NCBI RefSeq assembly: GCF_006345805.1
Contig: NC_043003.1
Span: forward strand, 68,758,001-68,822,000
Length of the DNA: 64,000 bases
DNA from: Octopus sinensis
Taxonomy: Eukaryota
Direction of reading: 5' to 3'
Shown here piece by piece: positions 54,277 through 64,000 of the stretch. The stretch's first letter is position 1, and every line of letters begins with the position of its first letter. Below the pieces are notes generated by a model. The model was given only the letters and a program-made list of their open reading frames with translations. It searched no databases and was not told where the DNA came from. The translations under genes were made by a program, and so were the position numbers.

Positions 54277-54574
54277 CATTACAGATATAGGGTAAAGAAT
54301 TATTAACTTTAATAATTAATAAATATTACCAAGTAGTTTCGGTATGGAAACAGAACCATTATCGGTAGAAACTTTTACAAAAAAATTTTTATATGTAATT
54401 ATAAATATAATTAAGGGTTTAGCAACATGTTTATTCACCACATACCGAAAATTTAGAAGTAGCAGCCAAAGACAGCTAATTCTTTTCACTACAGACATGA
54501 CAGCACAGGTAACAATATTTGTAGCTCACATAGGCGAGTTAAAAATATTACTATATATATATATATATATACAT

Positions 54575-55285
54575 ACAACTAATGTAGGATAAAATTTTTT
54601 CGAAAAAAATTTTAGCAATGGCCAGCATATCAAATAATACTTTTAAAGGTTAAATTTATAAATAACTTACAAAATAAGGGCAAAAGAAAAATTCTAGTGC
54701 CAAATATGCCGAAAAAAAGACAAAATTGTCCATAACCATTATAATTTATGCGTCTCGAAACAAACCGATAGAAATTTTGGCGTTTGACTTTTTCTTTTGC
54801 CCTTATTTTGTAAGTTACTTACAAATTTAACCTTTAAAGGTATATTTTGATATGCTGGCAATTGATAAAATTTTTTTTAGGAAACATTTTATCCAACATT
54901 AGTTGTAAATTTAATAGTGTTCACTTCCGGATTCTCTCAATCTGTGAAAGTTTCTAGATCGAATCACACGTGTCTCGAGATGTGCCGAAGATTTTCTATT
55001 TTGGATATATTTGGGGTACTTAGGTCTGCTCAGGGCCTTAGTGCTTGCTTTTTCCATGGGTATGAGTAAGTATTCCATTTATGTCTTACGTATTTATCGC
55101 TGAAGAGGGGAAGATTCTTATGAATTAACACCGAAATTGGGACCAATACGGTAATAACGGATTTTTTAGAAATTTCTATCGGCATGTTTCGAGACGCATA
55201 AATTATAATGGTTCTTGACAATTTTGTCTTTTTTTCGGCATATTTGGCATTAGAATTTTTCTTTTGCCCTTATTTGGTAAGTTAT
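54575..55285. mobile_element. Non-coding HHR element: 467-bp terminally redundant unit plus inverted copy
   Basis: TTTTTCTTTTGCCCTTATTT.GTAAGTTA at 54789 and 55256; inverted copy at 54575-54777; (TA)n flanks. Confidence 0.75.
55094..55154 (+). ncRNA. Type I hammerhead ribozyme with complete stem III
   Basis: TTATCG-CTGAAGA-GGGG..CACC-GAAA-TTGG GA CCAA-TA^-CGGTAA; 6-bp stem I, ATTGG/CCAAT stem III, AUA site. Confidence 0.8.
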
Positions 55286-55993
55286 ATATATATATAATTA
55301 GAGGTTATGTTAACCTCAAGAAGGGATGATTTCATCCAATGAAATACTGGTTCAATACTTAGTATTTTGAGGGAATGAATTTTCTTAAAATAAAATTTAT
55401 ACATATAAAAATATATAGTTTCTATTCATTTAAAAGAAAAAAATGGAGACAGGGCAGTTAATAAATGCTTATTATAAACAGTAAATTGGTCATCTTTCTA
55501 TTGATACTCAATAAATATTAAGTTTACATTTATGCGATATGAGCATAATATCAGCAGAGGAATAAAAAGATGTACCATTGGATGCTGTATGTGTATGTTT
55601 GTGAATTCATTTTAGTAGACTCCAAATTCCCCATAGGAGGGGATTGTCACAACAAGACACACACCAGGCATTCCAAACAGGTGAGCCCCATCCTATGCCC
55701 GGGTCAAAGCATAGAAAGTAATCCCCGATATCAGCAGCGATGCCCGACAGCTTATGCTGGTTTGCTCCAGCCGCCTCATTCTGGTTCCGTTCCCCTTTGA
55801 CCAACGCTGAATTCATTCATCCGTCTCCACAAACACTCTCCAAGTTTTCCTATCTTTAATAAACTCTCTTTCCATTCTCTCTCCAACACTTCTAACCACC
55901 AAATCTTTCCTCACTCCATCTATGTATATTTATGTATGTGTATATACATATATATATATATATATATAATATATATATATATACATTATATAA

Positions 55994-56039
<46 letters not shown>

Positions 56040-56209
56040 AATATTAGGAATAAATCCAAATTTACAGGGAAAAAATCAGATTTAGGATTAAATCGATTTT
56101 ATAGTAAAATATTATAAAATATTATTCGAGACAAAACCACTATTTTGCAAAACAAACAAGGAAAGACTTAATCAATACATAAAATTTTAATAAATAGTCA
56201 AAAAAACCG

Positions 56210-56252
56210 CCACTACAATCGTTTCTTGTCTTGATCGACAATCTTCAGGTGG
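56210..56252 (-). ncRNA. Minimal type I hammerhead ribozyme
   Basis: CCAC-CTGAAGA-TTGTC GATCAA GACAA-GAAAC GATT GTA^-GTGG. Confidence 0.75.
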
Positions 56253-56308
56253 ACTTCCAATATTCAGTGTCAATTATGAAGTTCATAATTGACACTGAAT
56301 TATTGGAA

Positions 56309-56353
56309 GTCACCTGAAGATTGTCGATCAAGACAAGAAACGATTGTAGTGGC
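56309..56353 (+). ncRNA. Minimal type I hammerhead ribozyme
   Basis: GTCAC-CTGAAGA-TTGTC GATCAA GACAA-GAAAC GATT GTA^-GTGGC. Confidence 0.75.
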
Positions 56354-56441
56354 GGTTTTTTTGACTATTTATTAAAATTTTATGTATTGATTAAGTCTTT
56401 CCTTGTTTGTTTTGCAAAATAGTGGTTTTGTCTCGAATAAT

Positions 56442-56472
<31 letters not shown>

Positions 56473-56916
56473 TCATATATAAGCAGAGCAAATTAAAACA
56501 ATGCTCCTCGCATGGAACCTGACAGGAGCGTTGCCAAACACTTATTGCACAGGCCCTAAAAAGCATTGGTTTTCATCGAACCTTGGCTCAAATTGCGAGC
56601 ATAACGAATGACCTCATTCGCTCATATACCATAATACATCCGCACATGAAATTATTACAGAAAACATTTAAAGAGGGGGTGGAGGGACAAAAGGATGGAC
56701 AAGAAAAAAAAACTAATGACTCCATAGAATCCGAGAGGGGGGTGTCAGGGTAAAGCTGAAAGAGAGAGCAGTAAAACAAATACGAGTGTGAGTCCAATAA
56801 CAATGCCAAAGAATGAAATGCAAAATGGGAATTTCCAAAGAAATATCCATAGGAATCCATTTTAAAAATCGAATTGTTACGCGGGGATCCACTAGAAAAA
56901 AATAGTAATCAAATAG

Positions 56917-57313
56917 ATCTATATTTAATAGATGAGGAATTATGTACATTGTTTACATTTGACGGATATTTGTTCTCATCTTTGTTGTTGACAGAACGTT
57001 TCGGCTGATATACCCTCCAGCCTTCATCAAATGTCTTGGGGAAATTTCGAACCTGGGTTCTCAATCCTAAGGTATTTTTCGATGTTGTTGTTGTTATTAT
57101 TATTATTATTATTATCATTATTATTTTTATTATCATTATTATTTTTATTATCATTATTATCATTGTTGTTGTTGTTGTTGTTGTTGTTATTATTCAGGTC
57201 GCTGCCTGGAATCGAAGTTGGAATCTTGGGGTTAGTGACCCCCGCTCTTAACCACTACGAAACGTTTTGTTAACAACAGGGCAAATATCCGTTGAATGTA
57301 AATAATGTAAATA
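56917..57313 (-). mobile_element. Hammerhead palindromic element, copy 4 (with tRNA head)
   Basis: Minus: GTAGTGGTTAAGAGCG..CTTCGATTCCAGGC head, (AAT)n, TTGATGA..GAAACG; short inverted 3' piece at 57259-57313. Confidence 0.85.
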
Positions 57314-58527
57314 TTGATCATTAAAGTATCACTGTGAGAAAGAAAAACCTACTATATAGTGAAATACGAATGTGCTTTCGCGTGTTTTCTGTTTAAACAA
57401 TAAGTTTAAACAATATTTCAGTCGATTCTTTAGACACCCTTCGAAAAAATTTGATTGAGGGTTAAAGGTGGAAATAGAGAGTGGAAGACGAGATGCCTAC
57501 AGTAAAGGAAAGTCGTATAGAATGGGTTTCGAGCAAAGATCATGTTGAAAGAAATAATAAGAGAAATATTTTTAATAAAAAATATTAAACTGTTCAAGGT
57601 CTTAATATCGTTTTCGATTCAGCCATTTTTGGGTTTATACACACACACATATACATATATATACATGTATTTATATGTGTATGTGTCTGTGTATGTGTAT
57701 GTATATGTACATTTACGCACACATATATGTGTATCTATATATATATATATATACGTATATATATGTATATATACATATATATATATATACATTTTATACA
57801 TACATATATATATATACATATGTGTGTGGGGTCGAGTGTGTGGGGGCTGTACATATATATATGAAGAGAAAGAAATATGTAGATATATAAACAGATAGAC
57901 AAATAAGTAGACAGATAGAAAGAGGGAGAAGGATAAAACTCACTTGTATATCATTGTATGAAAGATAAATATAAGAATGATATTATTTGCAACCCAAGTT
58001 AATAAAATATATTGAGAAAATACACAAGATGATAAAAAATAAGAATACAGATGAATATAATTCATAAGCGAATCTAGTGTTTCAAAGTATATTTAGCATT
58101 TTTTTCTTTTCGTAGAAAGAATCGGAGATTATTAATTTAAAACCTTTGATCTGTTGTCTTGTTGATTCACAAAAAAATCTAAATCAAAGCAAAGAAATTT
58201 TCTGTTGCATACACAAAAGGCGCTTGGAAGGCAATATTTCCTGTTTAAAAAGACCTCCAAATCTTCATGCATGTCTTTCATATCTGTTCAACCGTGTCTA
58301 AAGCATGAATAGCTTAAAAGACAATAGATGAACCATTTTGGCGCCAGCTTCATTGATAGTAATGTTCCCTACAATCGTTTCCAATATGGCAACTCGTACG
58401 ACGCTACCTACGTGCCCGTCTCCAACACCACTATGAAACCAGCAATGCTATAGCCATCGACAGCGTTGCTACTGTGGCATTTACTATCATCACTATTTTA
58501 TCTTGTCTCTCTTAATCGAAATTATTA

Positions 58528-58582
<55 letters not shown>

Positions 58583-58757
58583 GTTTTGGTGTTTATATTA
58601 GAGACGAAGCTGTCGATGAAGTTGATATATGCATAGATTTATGACGCCTTTGATTGCAAAGATGGAAACTAGTGCCAAAACGATGGCAACAATAATATGA
58701 GGACCAATGTACATATATACAAACGTATGTATACATATGTAAGCAGAACATATATAA

Positions 58758-58809
<52 letters not shown>

Positions 58810-59230
58810 TTGTGTGTGCGTGCGCGCGTGTGTATGTGGGTGTGTGTAACTTTATACATAAATATAGATAATTACACAGAAAGATAGATGCATTTATAAT
58901 TTTTAATATTTTTATGCAATTATAAATTCATATTTATACATATATATGTGCGTATATATATATGCGTGCGTGTGTGTGTGTGTGCGTGTGTGAGTGTGTG
59001 TATGCATGTGCATGTCCGTTTGTGTGTTTGTGTGTGTGTGTGCGTGTGCGTGTGTGTGTGTGTCTATGTATGTATGTCTATTGAAGAATTCAGATTTATG
59101 CTATGGAAAGATGAAATATTCAGATGTTGTTTTATTAACTTTGCTTTTTGTATATCGTTGATCTAATGGAAAATGAGATCCTTTCACCAACAAAAGTTAT
59201 GGCCATATATAACTTGCAAGTGAGCCGAAC

Positions 59231-59273
<43 letters not shown>

Positions 59274-59290
59274 CAGATAGATAGATAGAC

Positions 59291-59378
<88 letters not shown>
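59231..59378. repeat. (GATA)n microsatellite
   Basis: Direct reading. Confidence 0.95.
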
Positions 59379-59380
<2 letters not shown>

Positions 59381-59912
59381 ACAGGCAGATGAAAATAGAT
59401 ACGCGAAATTCCATATCCTATTCAAAACCTATTCAAATCTTCACCACTTATTCTTAAAACAATGGCAATTAAGTACATAGCAATGCTAGGTAAAACAGAC
59501 ACGTCCATAAAATCCTATTACTATTCCAAGATTACAATAGTTAATTATCAATGACGCGATGCGATTCCTCTCTAAAAAGTGACTGTATAATTATCAGTTC
59601 AATTTTAAGATGCTCAACGTAAATATAAGGAAGAACCATGTTATTAAGTGACTAAGTGTTTTATTCATAGCTGCACGGATTCTTTAAAACACTTTATAGT
59701 CTAAATGCGTGCAACGTCATTTACAAACAATCGACAACGCAGTTTGAAGTATTGATTTTTTTATATAAATAAAATTAAGCAGTAGCTGCGTGATAAGAAA
59801 TATGCTTGCCAAACATATGGTCCCGGGTTCTGCCTACTGCGTGACAACATGAGCAGGTGTCTACAACTGTGACCTCGAACCGACCAAAAGATTGCGGGTT
59901 GAAGAAGCCCTT

Positions 59913-59958
<46 letters not shown>

Positions 59959-59962
<4 letters not shown>

Positions 59963-61097
59963 TGTGTTCAACAAAATATTGGAAACACCGGTTTCTTTTC
60001 AGGTATCATCAGAAAAAAGGTAATTAAAATTCATTAAAATGACAGATCTATCGGACTTCCAAACAGGTCAAATTGTTGGTGTTCGTATGGTAGGCGCTAG
60101 CGTAAAGAAAACACCCGAAATGGTTGGTGTATCAACAAGTACTATCTCGAACGTAATGATAGACTTTGAGAAAGAGGGAAAAACCTCCTTGTCGGAACAA
60201 AACTCCGGAAGAAAACCAAAACTTTCAGGTAGGGACCTCGGATTCCTACGCGAATTGTTAGAGGGGATCACAAAAGTACAGCTCCCAAAATTACTGCAGA
60301 GCTTAATGCCCACCTAGGGAACCCTGTTTCCACAAAAGCTGTTCGCCGAAAGCTGCACAAATCCGGATTTCACGGGAGAGATTCAATCAGAAAACCGCTA
60401 CTTTCAAAAACAAACGTTGCAAATAGTTTATAGTGGAGTAAAAACCTACACAATTGATCCCTAGAGCGGTTTAGAAATGTTTTTTTCTCGGAAGAGTCAT
60501 CCTTTACCTTATTTCCGACCACCAGCCAAGTATACATGTTGAAACAGCCAAAAGAAGCAAATGATCCAGACTGACTTCTTCAAACTGTTAAACATGGAGG
60601 AAGATCTGTGATGATCTGGAAGAGGGCTATATATTAGAAATCCGCCGGCCCAATGGTTTTCTTCCATGAAAGAATTAATAGTCAAGATTATTTAAGCATT
60701 TTATCTGATCAACTTCATCCTACTGTTTGCGGAACTGTTTCCGGAGGGAAACACATCTTTCAGGATGATAATGCCCCAATTCACAAAGCTAAATTTGATA
60801 CTTAATGGCATGAGCAACAATCTACTGAAGTTGAACATCCTATCTGAACACCACAGTCCCGAGATTTCAACATTTATGGTGCATTTTAGAAAAACAAGTA
60901 AGAAGTTGATATCCTCCACAATCATCACTACAAGAACTGGAGACTGTTTTAACTGAAGAATGAACAAAAATACCATTGGAAACAATTCAAACTATGTACG
61001 AGTCCATACCTCATAGAATTCAAGCTGCAATTACTGCCAAAGACGGTCCTACCAAATATCAAAATTAATTTGTTTGAAATTTGAAGGTGTTTCCATT
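59959..61097 (+). mobile_element. Tc1-family transposon, decayed transposase (60039-~61068)
   Basis: MTDLSDFQTGQIVG N-terminus, FSEESSF, TVKHGG, FQDDNAPIH, GPTKY end; TIR piece GGAAACACC/GGTGTTTCC. Confidence 0.9.
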
Positions 61098-61654
61098 CGC
61101 CATGATTGACCGCTAGCTACTAAAGCCTTCTTTTTTTATTCTCTCTGTTTATTTTCTCGTGTTCCTTTCAGTTGAGGAGCGTAGACTAGAAACGTAAAAT
61201 ACTTTCTCACCTTCCCCTGCGTTAAACTAACACACCTGTTTGTTATTTACACACCTGTCTTCGTCTTTTGTAGTTTGTAAATTCTAACTATATATATATA
61301 GGCAACAAGTGAAACATTTTTTTTGCCCATGACACTACATGGACCCTAAGTAAGGCATGTGTGAAATTTGAATGCAATTGGTTGTGTAGTTCTGAAGTTT
61401 TAGGGATTTAAATAAAAAAAAGAAAATTTTTATTCAAAATATTGAAGCTAAGGATAAAATTTAAAATAAAATATTTAGATTTAGAAATAGGAGGGTAGTG
61501 TAGTTCGCTTGAAGCATTCTGTATTGTTTGTAATCAATAAAGTTTTGAATGGTATAACAATGCACTATAATATAGACAATGGGCTATATACCTGTAGTAA
61601 TTTTGTCATCCATAGTCTGATATGATATTTCGGAATAATATTCCTTCTTCAGGT

Positions 61655-62150
61655 CGCTTCCAAGGTATATTGAAAACCAACGGGTATTCTGGATCCATCG
61701 CAATTCAGATTAAGTACCCAAGACGACCAAAGAAGAGAAGGGCTAGACATACAACTAGCCCCTCCGGCCCCTCTCTGAGAGGACACCTCACTAAGAAACG
61801 AACAAGGGACAACATTCAATGTACCCTAACAAACTGTCCCGTCCGCGACACATATTTGTGTCAACGGGTTAATGTTGTGTATAGAATACAATGTAACAAA
61901 TGCAAGAAGTTCTATGTGGGTAGCACAACAAGACCGTTATACGTCCGCATCAAAGAACATCTGAACACGAGAGCCTCCTCCTTCAGAAAATATCTAGACA
62001 GATTCCGAAATACGACAAAAACATAACAGTCACAATTGAGGCCAATAGAAGAAATTTGGGTAATTTAAGAATTAAGGAAGCTATACTCATACACACTCTA
62101 GGACCCCAAATTAACAACAGGCTAGAGGTTGGTAATCAGTATATTATTTA
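61655..62150 (+). pseudogene. Penelope GIY-YIG endonuclease (frameshifted)
   Basis: C..CP...C..NVVYRIQCNKCKKFYVGSTTRPLYVRIKEH, then in another frame LRIKEAILIHTLGPQINNR. Confidence 0.9.
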
Positions 62151-62446
62151 GATACGTCTGGATGTGTGTAGGTTCATTTTTGATAATATTCTGATCTGTA
62201 GCTTATAACAAAAAAAACAATAGAAGAGAAGAGAAAAAAGGAAACTGCACGTATAATACGTAACTTAGGAGCAGCGCTACGGATGTACCAGCACACACGA
62301 GATTGAGACATGCTCGACCTCACACACTTCTCATGAGGAATTCCGGAAGGAGCATCGTGAGACCACTGCTGAGACGCTTCCAAAAAAATGAAAATAAAAA
62401 GGAAAAGCCGTTGGAAAACCGATTATAGCAGCGATTCCATCTAAGA

Positions 62447-62483
62447 ATATCTGAAGAAGGAATATTATTCTGAAATATCATAT
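62447..62483 (+). ncRNA. Minimal type I hammerhead in Penelope pLTR
   Basis: ATAT-CTGAAGA-A-GGAAT ATT ATTC(T/C)-GAAA-TATC^-ATAT; the inverted copy at 61617-61652 has the perfect GGAAT/ATTCC stem. Confidence 0.75.
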
Positions 62484-63157
62484 CAGACTATGGATGACTA
62501 AATTACAACAGGTATGTAGCCCATTGTCTGTATTATAGTGCATTGTTATACCATTCAAATCTTTTTAGATTTAGAAAATATTAGCTTTTATTAAAACTAA
62601 AACTTTTATTATAAGTTATTACTTCTATTAGTTATTGCTTGTTATTTCTATTAAAAATTTTAAATAACTCAATTAAAATATTTTTTGCATGTTAAAAAAT
62701 TCATTTTTTTAATTAGTAATTAATAATTAAAAAATTGAAAATAGGTTACAAAAATAATTGTAGTACATAATTAGTTACTACAATAAATAGGATAATACAA
62801 AATTTAGTCATATATTACAGTAAAATCTACTTATAACAAGAAATTCACAGTAAAAGTTGCTTGAGTTATTGCCAACGCTTCACATTTTAGTATTGACCCA
62901 ATGCCTATTAATTTATATAATGGATTTGCCTACCATATATACTGTTCTACTTTGCATAAAATTTTAGTTATATTGGTATTTGTGGCTGTCATTTTTTTTA
63001 GTATTCTAGTGTGTCAGTATTTTAACAAAATGATGGCAACTTTTTTAATTATAATATTACTTTGTAAATTAAAATCAAATAATTTTTAATATTTAAATTT
63101 TATCCATAGCTGCAATATTTTAGGAGGGTAGGTTGCAATATTTTAAGTAAAAATTTT

Positions 63158-63245
63158 CTTGTTCTGTACTTTACCAGATGTAATAACTTGTCCCGAACTT
63201 TTCCAAGTGTAATGACTTGCCCTGTACTTTTCTAAGTTTATAGTC
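63158..63245. repeat. Three imperfect tandem copies of a 29-bp unit
   Basis: CTTGTTCTGTACTTTACCAGATGTAATAA / CTTGTCCCGAACTTTTCCAAGTGTAATGA / CTTGCCCTGTACTTTTCTAAGTTTATAGT. Confidence 0.7.
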
Positions 63246-64000
63246 TTAAGAATGTTATGTTTCATGCTCGCATTTTTCTATGTAATCTATGTTTTTTTTC
63301 GAAGCTATGTTATTATGTTAATTAATAATGTGTGAAATGTGTCAATTAGCGGTGTCATTGATAATTTTTTTCCTTACCTCGATGAAGCCGGTGAAATATT
63401 AAAAGTCGCCTTATAGAACTATATCCTTAAAAAAGGATAGAACTATATTTAACTCACAGCTTTTTTCCTTTAAAACTTCATTGCATGAGAGTGATACTAT
63501 GAAATTCCTCGTACTGAACCTTATCATTTCAGCTTAATTAAAAGATAGTTTCTTTTTTAAAAAAATAGAGTTAATTGTACTTAAATTCAATTTTTTGCCT
63601 TAATTTTATTTTTTTCCTGATATTTTACTTCACAGTCTGTTTGATACGAAGTTTTGTTGCATGGATCAAAACTATGAAATTCTTCATGCCTTCTTCTATC
63701 ATTGAAGCTAAGATAAATATATTTTGCTTATAAAATAGAAAAGCTGTTTGGATCTAAACTTGATTGGAGGCGTTACCTACTTTCCTACAACGTTGCTAAA
63801 ATTTTGATGTAAAACTTTTTTTCTACTGTACCAAATCTCAATTTGGTTATGCCAAAATGTAGCTAGGCACCAGTCCTCCTCAAAAGTAGTAATACTTTTC
63901 AATTTGGTTAAGAATCGAATTAACGAGAAGTTCTGAAAGATGCTGCGTGTCAGTAAATTGCGGCCTTAAGAATATCATTCAACTACTACTGTACTTACTT

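Larger units (their letters stand above)
56041..56446. mobile_element. Penelope-like inverted pLTR pair with two hammerheads, in (TA)n
   Basis: ~165-bp near-perfect arms 56116-56280 / 56282-56446. Confidence 0.85.
61488..62563 (+). mobile_element. 5'-truncated Penelope-like retroelement with inverted 5' pLTR
   Basis: GIY-YIG domain, 3' pLTR with HHR (62447-62563) and inverted copy at 61539-61652; flanking TTTAGATTTAGAAA direct repeat (61474, 62564). Confidence 0.9.

Noticed and set aside
54316-54375. Minus-strand CCGATAA-TGGT..ACC-GAAAC hammerhead-like motif
   Set aside because: Two core mismatches and no convincing stem I
58328-58453. 41-codon ORF MNHFGASFIDSNVPYNRFQYG..
   Set aside because: Short, weak acceptor context, no homology recognised
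63375-63400. CTCGATGAAGCCGGTGAAATA hammerhead-like motif
   Set aside because: Core is non-canonical and stem II is too short to fold

Overview
AT-rich, microsatellite-dense eukaryotic non-coding DNA. The SINE families present point to an octopod cephalopod genome (inference from family recognition). No host gene is confidently identifiable; nearly all ORFs in the supplied track are translations of (TA)n, (CA)n, (AAT)n, (GAT)n or (GATA)n. The window is a mosaic of mobile DNA: at least four tRNA-derived SINE families, CR1/L2-group LINE 3' ends, Tc1 (DD34E), mariner and maT-like remnants, a Chapaev3-type transposon, and a Penelope-like element (PLE) with a GIY-YIG endonuclease. The most notable hidden layer is catalytic RNA. 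Five unrelated families carry foldable type I hammerhead ribozymes (HHRs), and four more motifs look degenerate. Most sit in head-to-head inverted arrangements or beside (TA)n. One non-coding family (4 copies) joins a tRNA-like Pol III head, an (AAT)n spacer and a minimal HHR, and always occurs as a partial palindrome. It looks like a ribozyme-bearing SINE mobilised by Penelope-type machinery. All folds were read by eye; none was computed or tested.
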